From Botryllus schlosseri (Eukaryota), in contig CM119372.1 in NCBI GenBank assembly GCA_051294905.1, positions 9,426,001 through 9,490,000 on the forward strand: a stretch of DNA of 64,000 bases, in the 5' to 3' direction. Made by a program: the position numbers and the translations under genes. How positions within the stretch are numbered: the stretch's first letter is position 1; each line of letters begins with the position of its first letter. This document shows, piece after piece, positions 13,963 through 31,666 of this stretch. The notes beneath the pieces are model-generated. The model was not told where the DNA came from and ran no database searches. It was given only the letters and a program-made list of their open reading frames with translations.

Positions 13963-14696
13963 CAGTCCGCGTGCCACAGTGCCAGTATATAGTCAGATTC
14001 GTGGCGTAATCGGAATGAGGTATTGGTTCGTTCATTCTGTATCGCTGACGAGTGACGACTATACTTTTGTTAAGCGTAACGTTAATGTAGCTCGACAGTA
14101 ACGCAACTGTTTAACATTAGAACTTAGCAAACTTGCGCGATGAGCACTCTTGAGCGGGAGGCGCCAATTCGCCGAATAATGAGCGAGAGTCTGCTACGAC
14201 CAGTTAGACGCCATGTACGGAACGTGCTTGTGCTTGGTAAGCAGAGTCTCGTTTGAGCCAATCTGGTCATAAAATATGAATAATCGTTATAAATTAATCC
14301 AAATTAACATATCTATTGTAAGTGCTAACCTGCTCACTCACGAAGAAAAATCTTCCTTCAGTTCTTCACTTCAGGTGATAAAGCAATGTTTTAGGTTCTA
14401 TATCTTTCCCTGTTTCGCAAAGATGACAGAAATCGGTCGCGAGAGGCAATTAAAAAATCTTTAAACAGTACCCTCGCGATTTTTCTCAAGCTCGCCTCAC
14501 GTTTAGAGTTCATTGGGTTGTCATGAGGTTTTCCGAATTACCGCTCCATAATTTATGCATAATGTACATTGTTCAACCATGAAAATCACATGACGTGCTG
14601 CAACAATTTATCAGCTTGTCTTATTCAACGTGGGGAAATGGGCATAACCGGAAGACCAGACTATTTGGAATTTCAGATTTTGCAGCAGGTAACAAT

Positions 14697-14977
14697 CAGA
14701 GATGGCCACAGTCCGGTTCAGGAGCCGGAGCCGGAGCAGGATTTCATTGATTTTTTACCTGGCTGGACTGGATCCGGATTTTGAATTTGCGGTGAATGGT
14801 CGGATTTTAGGCGGATATTTTGCTGCAATATGATTAATTAGCATTGTTCTGGCAGGATTTTTTCGGATTCCGAACTGGACCTTCAACAGCCGGATTTTTT
14901 CGGACTCTTATTTTCCAATTGCTAGCCGGATCCGGATAGATTCGGATCCCGAAATTTGGGGAATTCGCCCATCTCTG
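14697..14977. mobile_element. hAT MITE with CCGGA subterminal repeats
   Basis: TIR CAGAGATGG / CCATCTCTG; TSD GTAACAAT/GTAAGAAT (7/8); about 220 bp upstream of the actin-2 ATG. Confidence 0.85.
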
Positions 14978-15187
14978 GTAAGAATGCATTCCCACGTTTG
15001 GGATTAGCGCATTGTGACGTCATGTGTAGCATGTTGCAACAGGTCAATTTAGTAAAAACTGTGCCTCACCCAAATTTCAATCACGAAAACTCTCCGGGTC
15101 TTAGTCGCTTCAATTAATACTGTCAATTATCTACTTATTCAGGCCTGATAATTGTGTCATATGTGAAATATATCAAACAATAGATAG

Positions 15188-16525
<1,338 letters not shown>

Positions 16526-16613
16526 ACAACTTTATGTTGTCGTTAGTATTGACTGATATCGACTTTGCATGAGAGATGATATCGACTTTGCATGAGGGAT
16601 GATATCACTTTGC

Positions 16614-16730
16614 CCAGGGATTGAGCACAGGAAATGCTTCTAAACAATAGATTTACCCACAGTAGTATTCTGAAATATTTATCTCATATTTTGATTTTCT
16701 TAAATATATACCTTTTGCAAGCTTCATTCT
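16614..16730 (+). pseudogene. Relic 3' end of an additional actin copy
   Basis: CCA GGG ATT GAG CAC AGG AAA TGC TTC TAA (PGIEHRKCF*) at 16614-16643, followed by sequence resembling the actin-1 3'UTR (TAGTATTCT..GATTTTCTT.AATATATA..TGCAAGCT.CATTCT). Confidence 0.75.
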
Positions 16731-17483
16731 CCAACTGTCAACTGAAGCATTATGTATGTCCATTATATTTAAACTATGACTAACGAATTGCCTACACATA
16801 ATATCGCACCTCGCAATCGTTTGATGAAATAGCTCAAACCTTTACCAAACAGGCAGTTATTTTAATGTTTACGTTTGATAGTTTTCCTGAGATTATTATT
16901 ATTATAATAAATATTCACAGTAGAACTGGTAAATACACACATAATCCGTTGAGCAACCTGCCACCAAAGGAAAATGGCGGGATTGAAGTAAATTTTTAAA
17001 ATGTTAATAATACGGTCAAATTGTCATTCTTATGCAATACATGAAGAGGTCAGATTACAGAATTGCGGTAGATGAAGAATTGGCAAGGGTTGCAGAGGGC
17101 AAGATGATTGAAAATGAAGAATCGAAAATACAGAAATTATGCTGTGATTTTCGAGTACAAGTGTAATTAGTCCAGTGGTGCATTTAAGGTCTCCAGAAGA
17201 ATATGCAGAGCACGTTTCCCAGAATATTTTGGATATGTCCCGTGAGTTTTTTGTTTACGACTACTATAGCGCAATTCTTAGTATTGTACAAATTGGCAGT
17301 GGCGCTTATCTCCAATAAGGCACAGATGCCCCACGGTCGGTAATTATATTCTGGAGTAAGATACTTCGGAAGGTCCGAACATAATTTAGCTTCTACTATA
17401 CGGGTCAATATTAAAGGAACGTATCACGCGATATCACAAACTCGGCAACAGGGGTTAATATCTCAGGCAGGACTAAGAAGTAT

Positions 17484-18260
17484 GGCGGGGGAGATAATGA
17501 AGTGGTTACGATAAGCGCCAATCTGCCGGACCGGGTTCGATTCCCGTCGGATGTTTATCTGGGTTCCTCTTCCCCCGCCGTTGCCGTTATACTACGACAA
17601 AAAAGCCCAGTAAAAGACCCGACGAAAGAAAGCACTCACAAGGAATGGAAAGAACTAGTAGAAAGGGCCGCGGCTTAAAAAAAGGTCAACATCGAAAAGA
17701 ACTGTGACATCGGACACTCTAGGCCAGTGGTTCCCAACGTGGGCGATATCGCCCCCCAGGGGACGATTTGGCGGCCTAGGGGGGCGAAAATGACGAAGGG
17801 GGCGATAGGGGGGCGAAAATGGACAAAGGGGGCGACAGGGGGCGAAAATAGCGAAGGGGGCGATAGGGGGCGATGACGCGTTAAAACGGCCATATTGGAG
17901 TCAAGTCGTCGGAAAGACCTTTTTTTTTTTTTTAGTCAACCCACGAAAATTTAGTTGCAAAAGTGTAAAATTCGACATCGAGCCGAAAAGTTGACCTTTT
18001 TTTTTAGTCATCCCGCCGATGATTACAGATTGTATACCGATTTTTCGGTTCGCAAAATCTGGGGGGCGATGATCGGCGTTTAGCTTGAAAAGGGGGCGAT
18101 GAGTCGAAAAAGGTTGGGAACCACTGCCTAGGCCGAGGTGGATGTTAGAGTAAAGGATCGCTACTGATGCGTGTCGTTCAACATCCTCCTATCTGTTCAT
18201 GACATCGCATTGTGGCTTATCGCATTGTACATTGTGTGTGACTTGTTCAGATGAAAAAAA
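17484..18260 (+). mobile_element. tRNA-derived SINE family A, interrupted by a hAT MITE
   Basis: A-box-like TAATGAAGTGG and B-box GGTTCGATTCC; body matches 1-165; after the MITE it resumes with a family-C-like tail ending in an A-rich run. Boundaries approximate. Confidence 0.68.
17725..18126. mobile_element. hAT (Charlie/Buster-type) MITE with GGGGCGA tandem array
   Basis: TIR CAGTGGTTCCCAAC / GTTGGGAACCACTG; TSD CTCTAGGC vs CCTAGGC; G-rich repeats 17780-17875. Confidence 0.88.
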
Positions 18261-18884
18261 TATAACACAACGATGTTAAGTTGTGAACGAAATGATGATT
18301 GTTGTGGTATAAAGTTGAGACGATGCTATTTCATTGTGTCGACGACAATGAAACGCTGCAAACGTCGGCCAGTTCTCGAGCACAACGTCATCATTTCAAA
18401 ACAACATACGATTGCGAGTCGAAACGACTATAGCAATAGTATTCCAATCAATATTACCTACCTCAGGCTGCGGATATTAATAAAAGAACATAAAAATAAG
18501 AGACATATGCACAGATCGAAGATTGAATGAAAAGTGACAGAAGTTTTCCTAAAATATTGTAACCAAGAGCCTTATCTGGCCTGCATGGTTCCAATATCAA
18601 ATCGGGAAAAGTAACCACTATTTGAGATTCAATGACCCTAGATCTGGTCGTTGCCGACTTTCCGCTTTGAAATACTTTATTGCCCGTCTTGTTATTGCGC
18701 GATTGTTATGCTCAAAATATACAAGGTATTCTGACCCTGTGACGTAATAGATCGAGGCATTGAAAATCGCCCGTAAACTGTGACGCGGGCAACTTGGGAC
18801 GGTAAGTTTTCGTTACGACGTGACCTATTGTCTGGGTTTGCATTATAATATACATGACAGCCAATTATTGCATTGAGTTATACA

Positions 18885-19267
18885 TAGGGTTACCATATTT
18901 TGAAAATATGAAAAGAGGACACTTTTCAGAATTTTCAGACTTGCAAAACCGGATGAAATCCCGAAAAAATGGTAAATTTTTCGGTTGACTAAAAAAAGGT
19001 CTACTTTCTCGCTCAGTGCCCAAAATGCGGTTTTTCTTTCACATTATCAGGTGGTTTGACTAATAGAAAAGTCAACTTTCCGGCTCAGCTTCCGAAATAC
19101 CCGCCGGAGAGTTACTTCGGTGCTGATTTACGGTATATCAGTCAAATTTGGCCGTCAATTTGACCAGAATTCTCAAAAAAGAGGACAAAAGGGCGTCCTC
19201 CAAGGACGCTTTCAAAAAAGTCAAAAATAGGACAAATCCTCTTAAAAGAGGACGTATGGTAACCCTA
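18885..19267. mobile_element. hAT (Blackjack-like) MITE, TAGGGTTACCATA TIR, copy 1
   Basis: Perfect 13-bp TIR, perfect TSD GTTATACA, AAAGAGGAC subterminal repeats; second copy at 35168-35460. Confidence 0.92.
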
Positions 19268-21817
19268 GTTATACATATGTGCGATAGTTTCATATTAACG
19301 TTATCGGAGCTGGGCATTTCGAAACTGACTTCCCGCTGCATAATTAGACCATCCTCGAGGATGTGCTGCGCTAGCCGCTGGATTCACTGGTTATTATCAT
19401 TTTTAAACGATAATTGCAATTGTGGCTTTGTTGAATTAATAAGACCTGACCTACTTACTAACCGAGAGGTTAGCCGCTGGGTTCACTGTTATTGTGATTT
19501 GAAACTGCAATTGTAATTATGGCTTGTATATTTGGAATATGACGTGACCTACATATTAGATACATATATCAAATGTAGGCCTACTTCCATTTTAACTCTC
19601 GTCAGAGTTTATTAGATTGTACAAAATGTACAGCATATGTCAGATGACGCTTGGAATAGTTGGATGCTATTATGTTCGTTTCCAGTAATTAAATAATCGA
19701 ATATCTCCTCCCGGCTGTTATCTGTGGTTTGTCATATCCTATTCACGGAATCACAGGCCCGTATTGTCACTATTGCGTGAATGCGCCAGTTTTTTTTCTA
19801 GATTTTGAATTCAGCTAATCGCATTTGGTGACATTAAGTCGAATGGCATGAAGTAGAATGAATTGCTAGAATAAGAAGACAAACGAGGCTGATTTGCCGT
19901 TCTGCTAACTCAGGTGTCGGCAGCTCCCGGCACTCGTGCCATTTGTAGCACGCGAGATGATTTTCAAGGCACGCCAAATGATTTGACGTAACGACATATC
20001 ATAAACATGTTTGTTGCAAAACGTCTAACATAATCTATCAACAAAATTATTTCGAAGATCAACATAGAACAGAGTCTTTTGTGGCAGCTTCTATTTGTCA
20101 TTTTTTCGCGCTTCGCGCGATTTACCGTCAGCTAATTTCTTGATTACCATGTGGAAGCCCAAAAAATATATACATACGACAACCTAATATCGTATGAAAG
20201 CGTTTGGATGTTTTGGTCTAGGATTGTGCACTGTGCAGCCTGTGGGAGCGCGACTATTATGAGCCGGTATTTCGGCGCTGGGCATTTTCATGGTAAGAGA
20301 CACTGGTTTCGGACAACATGCGACCATGCGACTCCGTGCGCGGTGTGCGTTGCCAAAATGAACGGCGACAATAAAAGCCTTTTTGAAAGGTTCTGTGTGA
20401 ACGCGAACGTGAACCTCATAACGTCACGTGACGTTATATTGCTAAATTCTAACCCTACATTTTAGTGAAGTAATAGCCTATTTGTACACGATACCTAGCG
20501 ACGACTCGGGTCACATAATGCCACAATGCTGAATTGTATATTGACGTCTTAAACGTCCTCAAATGTATCAACTGGAGCAACCATTGATATAATAATCAAT
20601 ATCTTCCTTAAGCTTTGCCAACAATTTGGACGTGGACTTGCAAGGAAATATAAGCTTATACGCCTTACCGGTCTAGGCCAGACCAGGCAATGCATGTATT
20701 CCGCGTCTGAGTATTGCTACGTTGACATTGAGCAGAGTGTAAAACGGGTTTCTATACTTTCTACCGATAATACCCCATCAACAAGTTATACATCAGTAGC
20801 CAGCACCCCAATCACACGGATTTGGTTTTTATGATACAATAAACATATGAAATCGAGATTGACCCAGTACGCCGGCTAGAATTTTTACCTCTGCTAGATT
20901 TTTTACATCAGACAACGACATCAATTTCATTGATTGGTTGAATAAGCATCATTCGATGGCTACCTACATGTGTATTTCGCTATTGATGTTGTGTGATTGC
21001 GGGTCAAGCTCACAGCAGAGACTCACTAAATATTCGAGCAAAATTTTGTAACAAAGCAAGCAACATTTTTGAGATTGTCGAGGTGCATGTTGACTTTTTT
21101 ATGCTGCCATCGCCATGCATATAGTGGCCCAGAGTTGAAATGCAATAAAATTTCAACCAAAGATGTTATAATGAAGTGAAAATTGTATTATATGATGAGG
21201 GTTCACAGTGCAGAACCTACTAAGGATCGTTTGTGAACGCGAGCCTCTAAATTTCTGAGGTTCGCACACAGAACGCGAACGTGAATCTCACGTTCACACT
21301 ATCCCTAATTGATATGTCCACTGTTCAGGTGCCGAAATGACCGGCGCCGAACAGTCCAGCGCGGCAGCGCCCGCAGCTTGAGCCGCACCTATCACATGAG
21401 ACCCGCCCCATGTCAGAATGCGAATTTGGAATCGTGTTTAACGTGTTCGTCGTCACACGAAAGGATATATTCCTTTAGTTTCGTCTTATACGTGTAAGCG
21501 ATTCCATTATTATATCTTGAGCAACGACAACCACTACCGCTTTACCGGGATCTTTGGGTCAAATCTAGTGTCAAAGCAACCACGGAAGATCGATCATTGC
21601 GCGACTAAAATTATATGATCCAAATATTACGCATAGTATGCGATAGATCCAGTGCGGTAGTGACCTCAATTTATACCCTTAGCGACTATACTGTTAGAAT
21701 CAGTTCGTAATCGATGCCGTTGCTACCTAGCTGCAGATTAGAGGTATTACTTGCTTCCTGCTCCTTGACTTGCTTGAAACACTAAATATGACAAAATTAT
21801 CAATGTTTGACACGCAA

Positions 21818-21923
21818 GTTGGTGATATTTTGACATGTTTTGGCATTTTGGCACGCTGCATACGAAAGGTTGGTGATATTTTGACATGTTTTGGCATTTT
21901 GGCACGCTGCATACGAAAGGTTG
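21818..21923. repeat. Perfect 51-bp tandem duplication at the end of a decayed hAT MITE
   Basis: GTTGGTGATATTTTGACATGTTTTGGCATTTTGGCACGCTGCATACGAAAG x2, followed by TIR-like GTTGCGACCCCTG. Confidence 0.9.
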
Positions 21924-22752
21924 CGACCCCTGTCTAACTCGATAATCTTACGAATGTTACTGTTTGTGATTGGCCGATTCATGGTGATTTTCGACAACAC
22001 GATGGTCTCATTGGTCATTTGCACCAGGCCGATTATAATTCCGTATATCGGTATCTTCCGCATTGTATAACGGCCCACTTCTAGGTTTTGAGACACCGCT
22101 TACGCTAATCATACGGCGAGGAGGGGGCCTAGATAAATCAACATTTGGCAAGTCGACCTCGAAACCTAGTGGAGTATTGGTGTTACAGATGTGGATTACA
22201 CCGCCACCATCTAATCTTACGAATAGCTCCGTGACCCACAATAAGCTCAACGTACCACCGGACTAGGGTAGCTGATAAAAAGGTTTGAAGTCCGCGCGAA
22301 CCGCTGTCTGTATAGTGTAGAGTAGATACACCACAGTATCTGAAACACGATTAATACAAAAGCTACCTAAAACCGTGCGAGATACGAAATAAGTGAAAAT
22401 AAACTTTTCACGCTCCCTCCATTGCTCGTATTTAGGTCGGACGTCCAGATTCCGATGCGCGTACGCATCGGTAGGACCTCCTGACAGCGACTACTCAAAA
22501 CTACGGTTCTACGACGAAAAGGCCGGCCGTATTTTACTGCTCTTCCCTAGTTCCATACAACGCACGACACTGACGTTTCATTGAAGAGAATGCATAAACG
22601 TGTATTGGTTGACTGTGCAACAAGAACTAATTTAAACAGAAAGTACAAATTGAAGTACACTGCTCCAGAAAGAAACTTAGCGACAATCCGAAGCCCGGCC
22701 GCGGGAGGCTCCGATCATTCAAGCCAAATGTCGGCGATCTTCGGCCTGCAGA

Positions 22753-24288
<1,536 letters not shown>

Positions 24289-24470
24289 TTAGGGTTAGTT
24301 GATTACAGGGATTACACAATTAAATACTGCGGAATAAACGGGATTTGGTTACTTAACGAAGCAACGCGTGCAAGGGTCAGTAAAACGGATGCGGCAGTCC
24401 GCAATGTTAGCCTGAGGCAAACGAAATATTCACCACGCCCGAACCCATCTCTGACAGATGCTATCACGTT

Positions 24471-26633
24471 CCATATTTGGGGATAAGGTAACCATTATCT
24501 ATCATATAGTACATCATACAACAATCGTTGTTTGCCCACCCGTTAGCCGGCTAACAGGAGATAGATATCCACTCTGTAAACACAACGCCTAGCCCTGGGC
24601 TGTAGCCGGTAACAAATTACGTTCAGTTTACCAGGCCTCGGGCGCATTTGAACGTACCCGACGAAATGCGGCACGCCAATACACCCCTGCTTCCAAACGC
24701 ACGACGACAATAAACCAAAGATCGCTAATTCCTGCGGAATGGTCACGAAAGGGTAGCTGTTAGTTATATATTTCGTTGATCAATTCTACTCTCACAAAGA
24801 CGAGACCGTGCGCCGGCTTCGTTTCCATATATGGTAACGGCGTGGTACACATTCTGGAGTGGTTGCTCAAACGCGTACAATGAGGATTCAAGAGGAGAGC
24901 AGATTGCGAGTAGTTGCTCGCTCAAGCGATAACAGTCACTTCGGTCTGGCGTGAATGTGAGGCATCCAACTGATATGAACTGGATTCGTAATTAGGATTT
25001 CCCAGATTCCCTGCCGCGCGGTGTACAGATGTCAAACTGAGTATTTGAATGAAAAAAAGAATCGGATTTTCCATCAAATATTCAAGACTGTACGAAAACA
25101 CTACGTCGACCGTTTCATCCGTCGAATCAATATGAAACCAATTTTGCGTTACAACGCAATCGATGCACTTATTTCAACTAAGAATGAATGGATGCGGGTG
25201 GACATCTAAATAGGCAAATGATCCGACAGCTTTAGGGCCATCGTTCGATATTGCGTACACTTCCCGGTATCATAAAACTTGGTCTTACGGTGTCATTTCA
25301 AGAATCGGCGAAATCACTGCTGGGCTAATGGCCACGCCCGAATCCCAGCCACTTACGAGTCTTACGACTGCCCGTGATGGAATGGAGTTAGGGATTGGTA
25401 GTCGGTATTGTAGTTGATTTTAACGATTTCCTATTCTATCATTCGTTGATTATATTGGATGATACCGTTTTGCTTGGATAACGGCGGTAAATCTCGTTGG
25501 GTGTACTTGCGAGGCTATCCAACTGAATTCTGAAGAACTCAAGCTATATGAAGTGTTTATTTTATCAAAGTAACCGTTATTTATGATCAATTGATCATGA
25601 ATCGGACTACCCCAAGTCGTCATATATTGCACGATTGATTCACGTAAGAGTTCTGCACGGTCTTATGTTAAATATTTCATAAGGGTATCCGTCAGCGTAA
25701 CGAAAGTTCGGACCTAAATCCATTTACGGCGATCAATTCGTCAATCGAGGTCGATGTTACCGCCCATTTTTACCACACATTCTATCTCGACCAATTCACC
25801 GTGTGTACTAAGCCGGTCGTGGTACGTAGGTTCAGTGTGTACACACTGGACGGTGATTGTACTACATTAAGAATTGAGATCGGCTCCTAATATGGGTAGG
25901 ACGACATCACAAGCAAACATACCACGGGAACATATATTCCGTATCTGTTAATACACCGTCACAATTTTTTAGACAGCGAACCGTCGTATAACTGGCGATG
26001 TGCTTGAGGCAGCGAGGACAGGGCGGGGATCTGGAACCATATGTAATCTTATTCGTAAGCAAGCTGTTCTGAAATATACTGTACGGAGGGGGAGATCTGC
26101 TAATTATCCGTTCAAGTATCGATTCGTTTTCTACAACCATATGGCGATTGAAGTCGAAAAATATCGTCCGATCAACTTCAAATAGGCCTAGGCACATCCC
26201 AGCAATAAGTCGCTAAAGAATTTCTCACCGCCGCAGTAGAACACCGCGCTTGACCGTACCGCCGCAAACAAAGAATGGGTTGCAATCTCGTGATATTTAG
26301 AATATTGTTAACCGGTGCATTGAATTATGATTGGTACTCGGAAATCTTGTCGTATTGCGCCGTGATTTTGCATGGTAAATGTGCTAATTTTCCGTAACGC
26401 ATTGAGTCGCCGTGTGTAAAATCAAACCACCTGTTTACGGCCCGGTACAAGTCACGCATAGAATGGGCCATGCTTGAGGTTTAAAACGTGATTTCGGTTC
26501 GCGAGGTGGACATTTCCCCAGGCATGGCGCAAAAGCTTTTCTCCGACTGGATTGGCGCGATCGAGAGAAATTTCGATTCTCTCGAAAAGACTCCGACGTT
26601 GCCATATATGGTATGCTCTCTTACCATATATGG
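24471..26633. promoter_or_regulatory. CArG (SRF) box cluster between head-to-head actin-3 and actin-4
   Basis: Perfect CC(A/T)6GG at 24471, 24825, 25886, 26602 and 26624. Confidence 0.8.
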
Positions 26634-26919
26634 AACGCGGTACGAGAGTGTAGCATGTGTACACTGTTAAACAAAGAGAAACGAAGAGACACTCTGTCTG
26701 CTTATATCGATTTTCAACTGATCTCTACGAGAAACGGTCGATTCAAAGCGATGTTTTAATTTACGCTGTCGGGTAGAAGAGACAGAAGGACACCGGGCGT
26801 TTCTGATGTCATAAACGCATTGGACGGAAATGAACTTCCTGAGCGGCAGTATTCTCGTCAAATTACATTTACAATGAGGTTAAAATGCCATATCCGAGAA
26901 TTGAGCCGATACACTATAC

Positions 26920-27622
26920 CAGGGCCGGCCAACCTTTTCAGCCAAAGGGCCACATTCGATTGACGAAATATTGCGCGGGCCACTTACCGCGCGAAGCGCG
27001 AAAATTTTTTGAAGTTCATAGGTCAATAATATTGTCAGTTGACTATATTGCGAGCCTGTCGTATATCGCTGGGCTAAGTTTGCGAGGAATGGGCTATTCG
27101 GCGCATGGACATATCGGTATCGAAAGCTGCGACCAACATGCATCAATCTTTCCGTCCCTAGGTTCCATAGTCTACGATCTTACTGCGAGCGCAAACGCAG
27201 GTCGCATATGTTGAGCGACACTTTGTCCCGTAATCGCGAATATAGTTAAACTCAATCTGATACATCAGGCGTTCTTCCATTTTCACAAAAAGGGCAACAA
27301 TATTAAAAACAAGGAATCGAGTGACAACATGTTGCGCTAAGCTTGCAGAAAATTTTTACTTTTGATAAATCCGTCGCAAATTATTCTGCTTTATTGTAGT
27401 GTACGAAGATATACCAATATGTGACTGGCTGATGGATCTGTCAATGCGTCGAAAGTGATATTTTAGTCGTCACATCTCAAGTGTTGCGGCCAAACTAATC
27501 ACAATTTCACAAACTGTGCAATCCATTTTCGATATTAGAAATTTCGGAAATTACCTCGCGGGCCACTCAAAACCTTCTCGCGGGCCACATGTGGCCCGCG
27601 GGCCACGGGTTGGCCGGCCCTG
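26920..27622. mobile_element. hAT (Charlie/Buster-type) MITE upstream of actin-4
   Basis: Perfect TIR CAGGGCCGGCCAACC; perfect TSD CACTATAC; GCGGGCCAC subterminal repeats. Confidence 0.93.
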
Positions 27623-27928
27623 CACTATACAAACCACATCCGCCATAAAACACTGGAATTCACTACATCTGTTCCACAAGTGCAACGTGCGCGCCGTTAA
27701 TTAATCGTAATTCCAATAATCCGATCGATCGCGAAGTAACTCCCCATGAGATTCGTCGCCTACTGCGCCTGTGCGTACGACAGAATACGGAGTCGACGTC
27801 TATTCGAAGCAAACCTATAATATGTCGGATTTAACACCATAAACTTTGTATCGCCGCACACTCAACTAGTTCACCCCGTTTATTTCTGCAGTTTTATTCT
27901 TTCTAATCGCCCACACCGTCACAAATAA

Positions 27929-30188
<2,260 letters not shown>

Positions 30189-30504
30189 ATTTTCACTACA
30201 CTACATCACAAAGTCCAGACAACATCCAATTATTTATACTGTTCTTTTAATGGGGCTACTCTCCCATGCAATATGATGTTCGGAAATCTAATTAATTGTC
30301 GAACGTGTCTCATCTATGTTTGCGTGTCCGTATCATCAGAGTTGCTATAGGTAACAATAGGCTGCATTGAATAGCAATAGATGATATATTACAGCTATCA
30401 ATGCTAAGCATCAACATGGTTCAGAGCGATATAAAATATCAGAAATGTTGTATTTAGGTGTTAGGGAGTTTCAAGGCCATTGTGTTCGGTGTTCGATAGG
30501 TTAT

Positions 30505-30760
30505 TTTCAATTCAATTTATTGCTACAATTTTTATCATTTCAATACATCACAAAACTGCGATAAAATGAAAGATAGGAAGGTGTCGAATAGACTTGGAGT
30601 AGTCTTTGAAATCCGATACCCACCTGGCCTAGGCGATATAAAAAAAGGAGGAATGCACATGCACACTCAATGAAAAGTAAGAGAAGATAATATAGGACAG
30701 GACAGGTGACAAAAAGGTGGCATGTGTCGGAAGGCGAGATCGACATGTCAGGTCACGGAC
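30505..30760 (-). repeat. Family C retroposon-like repeat
   Basis: Homologous to 5905-6175; ends on the minus strand in AATAAATTGAATTGAA tail. Confidence 0.7.
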
Positions 30761-31666
30761 TCTCCAGAAATGCTAGTACTCCAGAAGTTATACCGTAAAT
30801 TTCTACTCAATCACAATTGAGGTAACGACTTTGCAGGCTTGGCAAAACTGCTTTTGGCACATGTAAAATAAAACGAAAGGCCTGCGAAGTACTAAAGTAA
30901 GTATGAAGAAATAGATCGGGACGATCTGTAGCAGACTTTTTTTGCCAATCCCCAGAGCATGATAACTCTGAAAATTGCCATGTACATTGTACATCTCCCT
31001 ACTAACACGGAATGACTAACGGCGATGATAAGAGACTCCAAAATCTACTTGAAGTGCTTCGAAAAAGAGAAGTCTATACCTATAGTTACTGACCAGCTCT
31101 AGTTGTAACTGGCGTCGAAATACATATTTCTTTGTATTATGCCTAATTTTTCTTCAGGGCACAGATAAGGTACTTATTCTATGAAAATCAAGACAAGACA
31201 TAATTAAATTTCGCGAAGCACTGAAATTATATTGTCATTTCGAATAGGAGTGATATTATCACTGAAAATTGTGGTTGCGATGCTTCTTTTCCTAAGTGGA
31301 AGCTTTCAAACCTCAATTGGTCGTATAACAGCATCCAAAACATGATGAACGAAAGTTACACTCGTTGATGAAAATAACATTTCGGTGAAGTCATCTCGGC
31401 GAAGTCGTGATTAACCCAAGGCGTTGTTCCAAGGTGCAATGCAATAGGTATGGCCGAAAAATAGCAAGTTAGTTACGAGGCATTCATTCAATCAATCAAT
31501 ATTATTCATCAAATCCAAGCACCACATGATTGCGATTTTATGAGGTGAATCCCGAAACGACTTGGAGTAGTCTTTTAACCAGACACCCACCGGCATTTTT
31601 CCTATGCGCTCGCATAAGAAGTATAAATTTGAACTTTCAACATCACCCATACAACGGAATCACAGT

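Noticed and set aside
17484..17560. tRNA gene candidates (also about 3840-3907, 13215-13276, 47840-47900)
   Set aside because: A/B boxes are present, but I could not fold a full cloverleaf and they continue into repeated SINE bodies.
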